Assembly (NCBI GenBank): GCA_963832745.1
Contig: CAWHVC010000001.1
Coordinates: 160,001-224,000 of the forward strand
Source: Candidatus Bathyarchaeota archaeon
GTDB taxonomy: Archaea > Thermoproteota > Bathyarchaeia > Bathyarchaeales > Bathycorpusculaceae
Direction: 5' to 3'
Length of the DNA stretch: 64,000 bases
Part shown: positions 30,483-41,080 of the stretch, piece after piece
Layout of the letters: each line of letters starts with the position of its first letter
Position numbering within the stretch: the stretch's first letter is position 1
The notes under the pieces: generated by a model
Told to the model about the DNA's origin: nothing
Databases searched by the model: none
Seen by the model: only the letters and a program-made list of their open reading frames with translations
Position numbers and translations under genes: made by a program

Positions 30483-31277
30483 TTATTTTCCGAATCGTCT
30501 TCTTCGATGCTGATAGATTCTTACTGCTCTTAATAGGTCAATTAAACGGAAATCTGGCCAGTAAACATCTAAAAAGAGCAGTTCACTGTAGGCTGCTTGC
30601 CAAAGTAGAAAACCGCTCAATCTTTCTTCTCCTGAGGTTCGAATAATCATGTCAGGGTCCTGTTTTGTCATGTGTGATGTGTACAGGTATTTTTCAAAGA
30701 TTGCCTCATTAATATCGTCGATTTGTAGACGGTTTTCTTTTATTTCTTTAGCAATTTTTTTGGAAGCATCAACAATTTCTGCCCTTCCGCCATAAGCAAA
30801 AGCGAAATTCCAGACGTAATTGTCATAATTTTCTGTTGCTTTCTCAACCTCTGAAATTGCTTTTTGAAGGCTTGCGGGTAGAAGATTTGTTCGACCGATT
30901 ACTTTTACGTGGACCTTATTCTTGTGAACTCTTTCATCGGTTAGAAGCTTTTTGAATCTTTCTTCAGCTATTTGCATTATTTTTAAGACTTCATCTGATT
31001 GCCTTGAAAAGTTCTCGGTTGAAAACGTGTATAGCGTCACGTATTTGACGTCAAGAAGGCTGCACCAGTCTAAAAGTTGCTCAACAGTATCTGCGCCTTG
31101 CTTGTGGCCCCACTTGTCTGTAAGCCAAGGACTTTTCTCTTGCTCATTTGCCCAACGTCTGTTGCCGTCTAAGATTATGGCGATGTGTTCAGGTCTTTGA
31201 CCATTTTTAATTTGGTACCATAACCATCGTTCATAAACTTTGTAAGCGCCAATTACTGCAAGTATGTTCTTAAGCAC
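30483..31277 (-). CDS. uppS: cis-prenyltransferase (polyprenyl diphosphate synthase)
   Basis: HIAIILDGNRRWA, FSTENF, YGGRAEI, IRTSGEERLSGFLLWQ, RRFGK. Confidence 0.95.
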   Translation of the reverse strand: MLKNILAVIGAYKVYERWLWYQIKNGQRPEHIAIILDGNRRWANEQEKSPWLTDKWGHKQGADTVEQLLDWCSLLDVKYVTLYTFSTENFSRQSDEVLKIMQIAEERFKKLLTDERVHKNKVHVKVIGRTNLLPASLQKAISEVEKATENYDNYVWNFAFAYGGRAEIVDASKKIAKEIKENRLQIDDINEAIFEKYLYTSHMTKQDPDMIIRTSGEERLSGFLLWQAAYSELLFLDVYWPDFRLIDLLRAVRIYQHRRRRFGK

Positions 31278-31379
31278 TGTTCAGCCTCATGTTAGACATG
31301 CTAAATGAATTATTTACTATTAATTATTATGTTAAGCCTAAGTTGGTAAAATTAAAGATTGCTATATTCAACGTTTAAT

Positions 31380-32639
31380 TTAGGTAATGACCTCTTTCTG
31401 TTCAACTTCGTCTTCTTCTGACTTTTTGAAGAAACCTGTCGAGGACCGATTAATGATTGTAATCAGCAGAATTGAAGCTATTCCGATGAGTATCCCGACT
31501 ACGATTGACCAGATGAAGTTTGTGAAAAATTCGTTCTGGAAACCTATCGGTATAGGCTGTGTTTGCTGAAGTAAACTTGCTGTGCTGTACAGAATCATTC
31601 TTGCCCAAGCAACTTCCACAATCAAAGCTATGGTTCTGAGCAGTTTGGGGTCTCTTTCAAAGTATAGTCTTAAGCTTCTGCCGACTAAAACTAGAATTGC
31701 GCCAACAATCACTAGGTCCATTATGCCTTTGATAAAAGTCGCCGTTATTCCCGGAATTAAACCTAACCAGCCAGCCAAATCTGCGGGTGTAGGCGGCAAA
31801 TTGACATTAACATTTTGAATACCTAAATAAACGCTCACTGCAATACAAAGAATTCCAGCTATTATCGTATAATTAGAAATTTGCATAGGTAAAGGAGGTG
31901 GCGAGTATTCACGAACCCACGTGTAAAGGTTTTTAACTGCCTTGTCAACGCCAAAACCTTTCAGCAGCAAAAAGCTGCCGACAATTATGACTATTGTGAT
32001 GCCATAATAAATCATAGCTACTGGATAGAAGATATTTATTGCCCAAAAGATGCCGAAAATCAGCACAAGCAGACCCGGCAAACCCAACGCGACGCGTGAA
32101 TATCGCGGGTTGTCAACAAGTAACTTCATGTATTTGGTAAATACTGCAGCAGTTTCCTCGATTGATTCACTGTGCTTGATAACTATACGCCTAACTGAGG
32201 ATACTGGCACACGTGACTCAACAAGAGGCAAAACCGCTTCGTCAGAGTAACCGTCAGAAACCAAGATAACTTCGGTAGCGCTGAAAGTGTCAAGAAGATT
32301 GTTGAGTTCGCCAACAAGTTTTCTGTCTGCCGTCACACCGCCAAGTTCAGTGCCTGAAATTGTGGCTACCTCAAAAGTTTCGCCAGGCTTTTTCTCGCTT
32401 AATAGGCGGTCGTAAAGACGGATGGCTTCAAACATGGCGTTAGCGTCAGGTTCTTCTGGATCTTTTAAAGCCAAGGCAACTGCCGCGTCAAGATTGGCGA
32501 CTCGGCCAAGCAGAGGCGTTTTAATGCCTGCTTTAACCTCTATATCGCCATCTCTATCAACACATAAAATTAGAATGCTATTTTGCGTTTGCTGCGGCAT
32601 TTCCTTGTTAGCCATCGTATCTAATCCTAAATGTGCCAC
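31380..32639 (-). CDS. DUF373 family membrane protein
   Basis: LILCVDRDGDI, DPEEPDANAMF, VSDGYSDE, then multiple TM helices; in the usual position beside uppS. Confidence 0.88.
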   Translation of the reverse strand: MAHLGLDTMANKEMPQQTQNSILILCVDRDGDIEVKAGIKTPLLGRVANLDAAVALALKDPEEPDANAMFEAIRLYDRLLSEKKPGETFEVATISGTELGGVTADRKLVGELNNLLDTFSATEVILVSDGYSDEAVLPLVESRVPVSSVRRIVIKHSESIEETAAVFTKYMKLLVDNPRYSRVALGLPGLLVLIFGIFWAINIFYPVAMIYYGITIVIIVGSFLLLKGFGVDKAVKNLYTWVREYSPPPLPMQISNYTIIAGILCIAVSVYLGIQNVNVNLPPTPADLAGWLGLIPGITATFIKGIMDLVIVGAILVLVGRSLRLYFERDPKLLRTIALIVEVAWARMILYSTASLLQQTQPIPIGFQNEFFTNFIWSIVVGILIGIASILLITIINRSSTGFFKKSEEDEVEQKEVIT

Positions 32640-32647
32640 AGTTTAAT

Positions 32648-33598
32648 TTATTTTTGCGTATCAGCGTCCTCGGATTCTTCATCACTGGCAAGTAGTTGGA
32701 ATTCGTTCCAACTGAGTTTTTCGCCTTTGTTTAGTTTCTCTTTTGCTTGAGCGCCAAGTTTTTCTTTAAGAGCCTGCTCGTTAAGTAGTTTCTTGTTTCG
32801 TTGAACTGCGAACTGTTCTTTCTCTTTTAATCTTAGAGCTATTTCTTTTTCTCTTAACTCTTTATTTTGTTCCCGAACAGTGTTCTGTACACCTAACATT
32901 TGACCTGTGAGGACAGCGATGTCAACAAGTAACGTTTTAATTTTTTCTTTGTTTTCAATGAAGCCCTTATGTAACGCGTCAGCTTCTTCTTTTGCCTTTT
33001 TTGCTTCAGCGATTTTGGCAATCATGCTTTCATGAAGTTCTTGGCTTTTCTTTGCCATTTCAGAAAGTTCCTTGTGGAAAGCATCTGCCTGTTGATCAAG
33101 AACTTTGCGTTCCTGTATGTGCTCAGCAATCTTTTTGTTTTGCTTTTCAATCTTTTTATAACCACTAAGCTGAGTTTCAAGAAGTTTTACTTCGCCTACT
33201 AAGCGTTTTTCTTCTTGTAAATCTAAAGATTCAGTTTGAATCTTCCAATCAATTTTGTTTATTTCTTCCTGGATGTCTTTTTGCCGAACACGAGGCGCTT
33301 TCTTTTTAAGCTCTTCCTTTTTTTCGTTGATCGCCTGAATTTCATCCATTATCGGCTTTATTTTAACCCTAACCTCGTCCCTTTGTTGCTTAAGGGTTTG
33401 CACGTTTTGGTTAATTTCATCCCGTTGTTTTTTAATGTCACGGATTTCGAGGTTAATTTTTTTAGTTTGCTCGTTTAATTGGTCTCTTTTCTCAACCTGC
33501 TTTTTCGATTCTATGTCTGCTTTATTCACTTGATCTTTAAGGGTCGCGATCTGTGAACGCAAGTTAGCGATTTGATTGAGTTTATCTTGGGTTGACAC
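32648..33598 (-). CDS. Archaeal coiled-coil protein (COG1340-like)
   Basis: Long heptad coiled coil with DWKIQTESLDLQEEKRLV and KGEKLSWNEF; upstream of DUF373-uppS. Confidence 0.82.
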   Translation of the reverse strand: MSTQDKLNQIANLRSQIATLKDQVNKADIESKKQVEKRDQLNEQTKKINLEIRDIKKQRDEINQNVQTLKQQRDEVRVKIKPIMDEIQAINEKKEELKKKAPRVRQKDIQEEINKIDWKIQTESLDLQEEKRLVGEVKLLETQLSGYKKIEKQNKKIAEHIQERKVLDQQADAFHKELSEMAKKSQELHESMIAKIAEAKKAKEEADALHKGFIENKEKIKTLLVDIAVLTGQMLGVQNTVREQNKELREKEIALRLKEKEQFAVQRNKKLLNEQALKEKLGAQAKEKLNKGEKLSWNEFQLLASDEESEDADTQK

Positions 33599-33749
33599 GT
33601 TTATCCTCTGTGCAGTTTTGGATTAATAGTCTTGTAAATTACAGGCTTATATTATTTTAACTTACTCTTTGTAGATTTTTCCCATGCTAATACCATTTTC
33701 ATGCATTATAAGTTTTAAATACATGCAAACACCATCATTGGACTGAGAC

Positions 33750-34166
33750 TTGATTATGGACTTTCGCTATGATGATTTATTAAAAAGGGCCGAAGAACAA
33801 ATGCCAGAGGTCTCTTTAAAAAAGGAACGCCTTGAACTGCCAAGACTATACATCACAACTGTTGGCATGCGAACAATTATCTCCAACTTTGGAGAGATTG
33901 CAGACGTTTTAGACCGCGACCCACAACATATACTAAAATTCTTAACTCGAGAAATGGCAACTGCCGCAACATTCCACGATAACCGCGCTATCTTCCAAGG
34001 TAAATTTCAACGTGAAAGCTTCGAACGTCTACTGCAAAGATACATGGATGCATTCGTAATTTGCCCAGTATGCAAACGCCCAGACACTAAACTTGTAAAA
34101 GAAAAACGACTTTCGTTCCTTGTCTGTAACGCTTGCGGCGCAAAATCTGCTATTAAACAAATTTAG
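33750..34166 (+). CDS. eif2b: Translation initiation factor aIF-2 beta subunit
   Basis: RTIISNF...LDRDPQHILKFLTREMATA and zinc ribbon CPVCKRPDT...CNACGA. Confidence 0.95.
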   Translation: MIMDFRYDDLLKRAEEQMPEVSLKKERLELPRLYITTVGMRTIISNFGEIADVLDRDPQHILKFLTREMATAATFHDNRAIFQGKFQRESFERLLQRYMDAFVICPVCKRPDTKLVKEKRLSFLVCNACGAKSAIKQI

Positions 34167-34176
34167 GGAAGTAACG

Positions 34177-34473
34177 ATGGAAGTTTACGTTAAACTAAAA
34201 CAGGTAGGCAAAAACGTTGTTTTAGCTATCTGTGATGTTGAACTTCTCGGAAAAACCCTGCGTGAAGGCAAGATTATTTTTAAAATTAAGGACGAGTTTT
34301 ATAACGGTGGAAAAGCCAATGTTGACGAGGCGGTTAGCATGATAAACAATTCAACAATCGTCAACTTGGTGGGCAAATGCTGTGTTGAAAAAGCCATTCA
34401 GAAAGGCTATGTTCACCCAGATGCTGTACTAAACATTGAAGGCATTCCACATGCCCAAATAATAAAATTGTAA
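34177..34473 (+). CDS. DUF424 family protein
   Basis: VLAICDVELLGK, FYNG, IVNLVG, IEGIPHAQ; start ATG 34177. Confidence 0.88.
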   Translation: MEVYVKLKQVGKNVVLAICDVELLGKTLREGKIIFKIKDEFYNGGKANVDEAVSMINNSTIVNLVGKCCVEKAIQKGYVHPDAVLNIEGIPHAQIIKL

Positions 34474-34482
34474 ATTCGCATT

Positions 34483-34902
34483 TTACCGGGTCACTAATAC
34501 TGGACACGGAGCGTTCTTTATAACGCCGTGACTTACACTGCCTAAAAAAAGCTCTTTCATCCCGCTTAATCCCCTGACACCCATAACAATTAACTCAAAA
34601 TAACCTTCGTGGGCGGTCTTAACAATTTGCTCAACTGCATCACCCTCGAGCAACAATTTGTTGACATCAAGACCTTCATTTTTGGCCAGTTTTTTCCCTT
34701 TTGCCAACAAAGATTCACCGTTTTTTAAAGCCAATTGATAGAAATATTCTTGTCGTTCTGATACTATAAGTGAAGTTCCCATTGAATATACATGTAATAT
34801 CGTAATTTTTCCTTTTGTCAATTTAGCTAATTCAAGAGCTTCACGTAATGCACTTAAAGAAGAATCTGAACCGTCTATTGGAACTAAGATTTTATTGTAC
34901 AT
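34483..34902 (-). CDS. Universal stress protein (UspA family)
   Basis: KILVPIDGS...LIVMG.RG....LFLGSVS......APCPVLV. Confidence 0.93.
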   Translation of the reverse strand: MYNKILVPIDGSDSSLSALREALELAKLTKGKITILHVYSMGTSLIVSERQEYFYQLALKNGESLLAKGKKLAKNEGLDVNKLLLEGDAVEQIVKTAHEGYFELIVMGVRGLSGMKELFLGSVSHGVIKNAPCPVLVTR

Positions 34903-34971
34903 AATTGATGTTTTTCCCTACTCGGATTTTGATTTTTAGTTCGACATAAAAAAAGAAATGCAAGTACACAC

Positions 34972-35262
34972 TTAAAGTGGTCTTAGGTATATCCCGACTT
35001 GTCCTTTGGATATTTTAAGTTCTACACCGTTTTCTGTGCAGCACGCAAGACCTTTTTCTAAAGCAGAAATGGCCAGTTTGTTTCTGGGCATTTCAAGCAT
35101 TGCTGGTTTTATGCCAAGAACGTCTTCACTAGCTTCCTTGCTTAATTCAACCTCTAGGTGTGTCACTTTCCATTCTTCAGGATCAAAGATTATGCCTTTT
35201 ACTTTGCCAATCCTAAATCCTTTTATAAAAATGTCTTTGTCTTCTATCTGCTTAAAATTCAC
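34972..35262 (-). CDS. PRC-barrel domain protein
   Basis: GFRIGKVKGIIFDPEEWKVTHLEV pattern. Confidence 0.7.
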   Translation of the reverse strand: MNFKQIEDKDIFIKGFRIGKVKGIIFDPEEWKVTHLEVELSKEASEDVLGIKPAMLEMPRNKLAISALEKGLACCTENGVELKISKGQVGIYLRPL

Positions 35263-35379
35263 TTAAAATTCCTCACTTATTTATCGCTCTTTTGGTTTAT
35301 AAATTTTGGTCAACTTACCCATTGTTTTGCTCATTAATTCAGCGTCATCCGAGATAATTCTAAACTGCAGGTTTTAATG

Positions 35380-35907
35380 CTACACTGAATTTTTTGTATC
35401 ACCCATTATTTTTTGGATTAAATTTATAAAAAAATAAACAATAGTCGGCGTAAAAATCGAGAAAACTGCAATTACATAGTTTATTGGGTAGACGAAGTAG
35501 CTTTCAAACAGGTTACTGGCAGGGGAAAACGACATATAAATAGACAATTGGTAACCCCAAAGCTGAAAAAGCGACCAAACCGAAACGAAAACAATTGCCC
35601 CAACAAATCTTGCAAAATATTTGATTTTAACGGTTAAATGCTGTTTAATGTAGTATCCTGCAAAGACTTCGCCTGCTATAGCTCCAGCAGCACCTGGAAA
35701 AAACATATTGACCAAAATTTTTTCAGACAGATTTCCAGGAATGAAGTGGTCTATCCAGTAGCCGGGCCAGTTTAAAAAGGGTATAATTATGCTGCCTGTT
35801 GCATAACGAATCGTAACAGGAATCAAATAAATGATTATGCCTACAATCATCCAAGTCCAAAAACGTTTACTCTTTAATGTGGCTGCAACGGCAAATCTAA
35901 AGCTCAT
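35380..35907 (-). CDS. Hypothetical integral membrane protein (~4 TM)
   Basis: 175-aa ORF with several hydrophobic segments. Confidence 0.7.
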   Translation of the reverse strand: MSFRFAVAATLKSKRFWTWMIVGIIIYLIPVTIRYATGSIIIPFLNWPGYWIDHFIPGNLSEKILVNMFFPGAAGAIAGEVFAGYYIKQHLTVKIKYFARFVGAIVFVSVWSLFQLWGYQLSIYMSFSPASNLFESYFVYPINYVIAVFSIFTPTIVYFFINLIQKIMGDTKNSV

Positions 35908-35947
35908 ACGCTTTATGGCGCATTTAAATTTTAAAAATGTTCTTGAT

Positions 35948-36724
35948 TTAAGCTGCGGTTAACGTAAGATTGCTTTGTTGCTGTTCAACTGTAATTTGTC
36001 TTATTTCCGTTGTGAAAACTGGTTTTTGACTATTTTCTTCTATGGTGCCGCCGCTGAGAATGACTTCTTTAGCTCTGGGTCCAACGTTAAAAAGCAAATC
36101 TACAATAGACATGTTTGGTTCAAATCCTTCAAATTGTTGCTTATAGGTTGGATGCAGGTAGTTGTGCCATTGCAGTTTAATGTTCGCGTTAAAGAAGGAT
36201 TCCTCGTCGACATAGGCCCTTCCACCACTGCCCGCGAGGTAACTGTTTGAACCAAAAAATTTGCACATCGAAATCAATTTTTCATTTTTGTCTTGACCAA
36301 TATACGGAAATTCAGAGCTGCGAATCATTTTAACTTTTATGCCTAAAGCTTCAGCGATGTTTTTTAGAAGATGCAGGTTTAAGTCGATTAGCTGTTCATG
36401 GTTGAAGTTTAGCGCTTCTTGAATTAATGGAAAATAAGTTTCAAAGTACGGTGCTTTCTCATAGTTTTGAACTAAAAGTTGTGTATGGTCTCGTCTCCAT
36501 TCGCTTCCTGAAATTCGAACGTCCTTAATCATTTGTGGATGGTTATGTACTATGGGAATTGTTATCCAACGCCAACCTTTGCTGGTTCTTATACGGTTAC
36601 GGTTATGATAGCCGCCGTGCACGTATTGTGCATCATCATAAATAACGAAAACATCACACCTCGCAAGTTTATCAAAAAAGCCCATCCATGGAATGTATTC
36701 CGGTTGATGAACAAAAATAATCAT
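35948..36724 (-). CDS. WbqC family protein
   Basis: HQPEYIPWMGFFDK, DDAQY, NRNRI, YEKAPYF, MSIVDLLFN. Confidence 0.9.
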   Translation of the reverse strand: MIIFVHQPEYIPWMGFFDKLARCDVFVIYDDAQYVHGGYHNRNRIRTSKGWRWITIPIVHNHPQMIKDVRISGSEWRRDHTQLLVQNYEKAPYFETYFPLIQEALNFNHEQLIDLNLHLLKNIAEALGIKVKMIRSSEFPYIGQDKNEKLISMCKFFGSNSYLAGSGGRAYVDEESFFNANIKLQWHNYLHPTYKQQFEGFEPNMSIVDLLFNVGPRAKEVILSGGTIEENSQKPVFTTEIRQITVEQQQSNLTLTAA

Positions 36725-37134
36725 TTAATTTCTCCTTTAACAGAGGCTTGCTTTGTTTTATTGGGAGTTAATGCTTTAGTTAGAACTGATGTTATGCTGC
36801 TTGCTTGCTCACTTCTTTATTAGCTTAACATCACTGCTTGCTTTTCGTACAATTCCCATGGGTTCATGACTGAAAACAACTGTCTTCAAAACGAAGTAGC
36901 CTCCATAGTACGGATGTTGAAATTTGTTATATAAGGACTAGTTACTGTCACATGTAACCACAATCAACATTCAGGTTCATGCTATCCAAAGCTTGAGGCA
37001 ACTTCTGAAAGCCCTTTGAAACAGCTAAAAACTGTGAAGGGCTTCGGAGTGGCGTATCATCATAAAATTTAATTAACAATTAACCTTCTACATGATAAAC
37101 AAACCGTCTTTAACTAGCCCCTGTCGGAAAATTC

Positions 37135-38484
37135 ATGAAAATAGCCTTATCTGGAAGAGTTATCGCCTTAATCTTAATAGTTGCATTACTTGTTTCTGCG
37201 CTCAACACTTACCTTGTAATCAGCCAATACACTGCGATGAATGAGGCGGGGCAAACTGACAGTTCCGGCTACGACTTTGTCGTCTCCCAAGACGGGTCAA
37301 CCTTTAAAGCCCGAAATACGCTCACCAACCAAATAACCTACGGTTTCGTAACCGCTTCGATAGCAATCAATCAAGCGTTAACTCAAGGTAGCTCTGTTTA
37401 CCTTGACAAAGGCAACTTCAACTTGACCGAAGATATCGTTGTTTCTAACAAGTGGAATATCAAAATTGTGGGCGACGGCGCAGTAATCAACGGCAACGGA
37501 CACAAAATCATCATACGTGGAGACAACTATACGGCTTCAAAATACCCATTGATTTCAGGTTTAATCATAAATGACGGCACACTTAGAATCGAAAACTCGT
37601 TTGGCGCAACCATAACCAGCATGATATTCCAAAACAGCACCGTTGGTCTCGAATTTGTTAACAGCGACACTTGGACTGAAGGCACAAAAATCGAAAACTG
37701 CCACTTCATCAACTGCACAGAAGGTATCGCTTTTCGAACCCCTACGGGTACCGCGACTGGTTCCTACGCAAGTTCAGAAATAAACAGGTGCTTCTTCAAT
37801 CAATATGACAATTCGGTAGCAATTAACGTTGAAAACCAAACAGAATTTTCAAACAGCCAACTTCAAGATGTACGCATCTGGATTGGTGAAAACGGAGGTT
37901 ACAACCAAACAGGTTTACGTTTAGGCGGAACAATGTCTCAGTCCCTTCTTATCGGCGTAGTCTTTGAATCATTCAGCAACTCGCCAGACCTACTCTTTGG
38001 CATTGACCTTTTAGAATCAGCAGATGCAACACCCATCATTGATGGAGGCGTCAGTTTTCTGGGTAACTGGACCGCAAGAATCCATAACCCCTACAGCATA
38101 TGGATATCAGCAGCCGGTAGCATATTTGACCGCAAAAACATGCCAGTCCCAATAGGCGTAGACGGCAAATATGGCGATAACGTTACAATTATGCCTAAAC
38201 CCCTTAAAATTGTCACTTTCAAACCCAAAATTGATGTTCAAGGAAGCTTTAGCCACAACGAAACAATAACCGTGCGCATCCAACTAGAATACATAGATAA
38301 CGTTTATTCAACGCCTGTTGTGAAGGTTTTTACTAACAGTTCCAGCGTTTGGCTTTCTGATGATGAAATACTGCAACTGTTTCCTTCTCAAAACGTGATA
38401 TGGTCAATAATTGTTGATGCCTCTTGTAGTTCAAGCATAACAGATGCAACCGTGAAAATCAGCGGTTACGGCATAGCTGGTTAA
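37135..38484 (+). CDS. Membrane-anchored pectin-lyase-like beta-helix protein
   Basis: N-terminal TM; AINQALTQGSSVYLDKGNF...IVGDG is a typical beta-helix cap. Confidence 0.7.
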   Translation: MKIALSGRVIALILIVALLVSALNTYLVISQYTAMNEAGQTDSSGYDFVVSQDGSTFKARNTLTNQITYGFVTASIAINQALTQGSSVYLDKGNFNLTEDIVVSNKWNIKIVGDGAVINGNGHKIIIRGDNYTASKYPLISGLIINDGTLRIENSFGATITSMIFQNSTVGLEFVNSDTWTEGTKIENCHFINCTEGIAFRTPTGTATGSYASSEINRCFFNQYDNSVAINVENQTEFSNSQLQDVRIWIGENGGYNQTGLRLGGTMSQSLLIGVVFESFSNSPDLLFGIDLLESADATPIIDGGVSFLGNWTARIHNPYSIWISAAGSIFDRKNMPVPIGVDGKYGDNVTIMPKPLKIVTFKPKIDVQGSFSHNETITVRIQLEYIDNVYSTPVVKVFTNSSSVWLSDDEILQLFPSQNVIWSIIVDASCSSSITDATVKISGYGIAG

Positions 38485-38488
38485 CTTG

Positions 38489-38857
38489 TCACTTTTCTTT
38501 AGCTGCTGGCGGCTTCTTTGTTAATTCCGCCTTGTCCAAGGTTGCATACTCAAAAATGGCTGAACGTTTCACCGCCTTTTTAGGGCACACATCTACACAG
38601 TTATTGCAAAAAATACATTTGTCCAACCTGTACTGGGGACGCTTTTTTCCGTCAACTTCAACCATTTCTATGGCTTTTGATGGACAGTTTTTGGCGCATA
38701 AGCTGCATCCAATACAAAGGTCGTAATCAAAAATGGGTTCACCACGGTAGTTTTCGCAAAGTTCCGGCTTAACAAAGGGGTACTGAGTTGTTGCTGGCTT
38801 TGAAAAAACGTTCTTAATTGCTCTGATTGCACCGTTTCCGCCCTTTTTTTTGGTCAA
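38489..38857 (-). CDS. 2x[4Fe-4S] protein, NuoI/group-4 hydrogenase Fe-S subunit-like
   Basis: KPATTQYPF...YRG, CIGCSLCAKNCP and CIFCNNCVDVCP. Confidence 0.85.
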   Translation of the reverse strand: MTKKKGGNGAIRAIKNVFSKPATTQYPFVKPELCENYRGEPIFDYDLCIGCSLCAKNCPSKAIEMVEVDGKKRPQYRLDKCIFCNNCVDVCPKKAVKRSAIFEYATLDKAELTKKPPAAKEK

Positions 38858-38964
38858 CTTTCAACCAACCTTAACTTAAATCTAAACTCGGTTCTATATT
38901 TAATTAATCATCAATAAACCCAATAAAAATGGTTAATTTAAAAAAAGAAAAAAATAGCCGCTAC

Positions 38965-40347
38965 TTATTCGTTGAGCAGGTTTTTTCGGCTAAAAATCTT
39001 TTCCAACTGCTCAGGCTTAAGCAAACCCTTCTCCAAAGCAATTTCTTTAACTGAGCGACATTCATTTTGAGCTTGTTTTGCCAGTTTTGCTGCTTCCAAA
39101 TAACCAATATACGGTGACAGCAACGTGGCCATGGATGGATTATTTTCAAGGTAACCGGCGCATTTTTGCTCATTCACGGTTATGCCTTCAACGCATCGTT
39201 TGCGGAACACTGGCAAGTAGTTGGTGAGAATATGAATAGAAAAATGTAGGTTATACACGATTGCTGGTGTCATAACGTTTAATTCCAATTGTCCCGCTTG
39301 AACGGCTAAAGCAACTGCTGAGTCGTTTCCTACTACTTGGTAAGCTACCATGTCAAGGCATTCAGCCATAACAGGATTTACCTTACCCGGCATAATTGAG
39401 GATCCTGGCTGAACAGGTGGTAAAGTAATCTCGTCAAGCCCCGTGGTTGGGCCAGAAGCCAATAGCCGTAAATCGTTAGCGATACGGATAAGCTCCAAAG
39501 CCAGTTCTTTTAAGCCGCTTGAAACTGTCGCCGCTGCCCTGTGGCTCTGCAAGGCCTCAAAATTGTTAACTGCAGGTTTTAGTGGGAACCCCGTCATTTT
39601 AGCGAGTTCGCCGATTGCAAGCCGCTTGTATTCTGGGTGCGCGTTGGCTCCGGTTCCGGTTGCTGTTCCGCCTAAAGCAACGGCATAAAGGTTTTCTTGG
39701 CGCCTCTTTAACTCATCAGAGCAGTGTTTTATCGCTGAACCATAAGCGCTGAACTCTTGCCCATTGGTGACAGGAACGGCATCTTGCAGGTGAGTTCTAC
39801 CTGACTTGATAATATGAGCGTATTTTTTGCCTAATGCTTCAAATGCTTCTGCTAGTAGGTCAAGCTCTTTTAGCAGGGACTGGAGTGCCATTAAAGTTGA
39901 AATGTGCAGGGCAGTTGGGAAAGTGTCATTGGTTGATTGCCCCATGTTAACATGGTCATTTGGTCCAACAATTTTGTATTCACCTCTTGGTTTGCCCAAA
40001 ATTTCCAAGGCACGGTTGGCTAAAACCTCGTTAACGTTCATGTTAAATGATGTTCCAGCGCCTGCTTGGAACACGTCAATTACGAATTGGTCAACAAACT
40101 TGCCATTTAAAACTTCGTCACAGGCTTGAATTATGGCGTCAGCTGTCTCTTTTTTAAGCCATCCTACCTGTAAGTTGGCGATTGCAGCAGCTTTTTTAAT
40201 GTAAACGTACGCTTTAACGAAAACTACTGGTTCTTTAAGGCCACTTATGGGAAAGTTTTCTGTTGCACGAAAAGTTTGGATTCCGAAGTATGCGTCTTTT
40301 GGAATTTCTTTTTCGCCAAGTGGGTCAATTTCTTTTCGGGTAGACAT
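38965..40347 (-). CDS. aspA: Aspartate ammonia-lyase (fumarase/aspartase superfamily)
   Basis: GSSIMPGKVNP, GRTHLQDAVP and QAGAGTSFNMN. The last is AspA-like rather than FumC QTGSGT. Confidence 0.75.
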   Translation of the reverse strand: MSTRKEIDPLGEKEIPKDAYFGIQTFRATENFPISGLKEPVVFVKAYVYIKKAAAIANLQVGWLKKETADAIIQACDEVLNGKFVDQFVIDVFQAGAGTSFNMNVNEVLANRALEILGKPRGEYKIVGPNDHVNMGQSTNDTFPTALHISTLMALQSLLKELDLLAEAFEALGKKYAHIIKSGRTHLQDAVPVTNGQEFSAYGSAIKHCSDELKRRQENLYAVALGGTATGTGANAHPEYKRLAIGELAKMTGFPLKPAVNNFEALQSHRAAATVSSGLKELALELIRIANDLRLLASGPTTGLDEITLPPVQPGSSIMPGKVNPVMAECLDMVAYQVVGNDSAVALAVQAGQLELNVMTPAIVYNLHFSIHILTNYLPVFRKRCVEGITVNEQKCAGYLENNPSMATLLSPYIGYLEAAKLAKQAQNECRSVKEIALEKGLLKPEQLEKIFSRKNLLNE

Positions 40348-40358
40348 GCCTGTTTCTC

Positions 40359-41078
40359 CTATTTGTCCTGTTTTTCTTGCTGTATTTTCTTCTTGGTTCT
40401 AATTATTGCCTCAGTCACTTTAATGTTCTTTGGACAAACAAGCGTACACCTGTAATAATTCTTGCAACCCTTCGCTCCATGAGGCTTCATCAAAACTTCA
40501 AGACGAGCCTCTGGATTGGTGGTTCGGGAATCAAAAACGTAACGTTGACCTCGAAGCACAGCGGCTGGACCCATAAACTTGGGGTCTTGCTCGTTCACTA
40601 CCGGGCAGGCTCCATAGCAACAAGCACAAAGAATGCATTTAACGGCGTCATCAAACACTGCCCTTTGCTCAGGCGTTTGAATACGCTCCTTTTCAGGTAT
40701 ATCTTCTATGGTTTTAACCGCTGGCTGAGGATTTATCGCTTTGATTCGCTCAAAAAACGGTTCCAAATTCACAATTAAATCCTTAACCACCTCAAAATAC
40801 CGCAGTGGCTCAATCAGCAGCGTCTTAGTGTAATCGTAGTCTTTTACAAGTTTTTGGCATGACAAGGCAGGTTGACTGTTTATGGTTAAGCCATCAGAGC
40901 CACAGATTCCGTGAGCGCAGGACATTCGAAAGCTTATACTACTGTCCTGTTGCCAGCGAATTTTATTTAGGCAATCAAGGATACGGTCGTTTGGTTCAGC
41001 ATCAACAATGAAAGTATCGTAGTGTGGCTGCTTGTCTATTTCGGGGTTAAAACGGTAAATCTTCATGGTCAACTTCAT
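40359..41078 (-). CDS. sdhB: Succinate dehydrogenase/fumarate reductase iron-sulfur subunit
   Basis: SCAHGICGSDG ([2Fe-2S]), CILCACCYGACP ([4Fe-4S]), CKNYYRCTLVCP ([3Fe-4S]); start ATG 41078. Confidence 0.92.
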   Translation of the reverse strand: MKLTMKIYRFNPEIDKQPHYDTFIVDAEPNDRILDCLNKIRWQQDSSISFRMSCAHGICGSDGLTINSQPALSCQKLVKDYDYTKTLLIEPLRYFEVVKDLIVNLEPFFERIKAINPQPAVKTIEDIPEKERIQTPEQRAVFDDAVKCILCACCYGACPVVNEQDPKFMGPAAVLRGQRYVFDSRTTNPEARLEVLMKPHGAKGCKNYYRCTLVCPKNIKVTEAIIRTKKKIQQEKQDK

Positions 41079-41080
41079 GG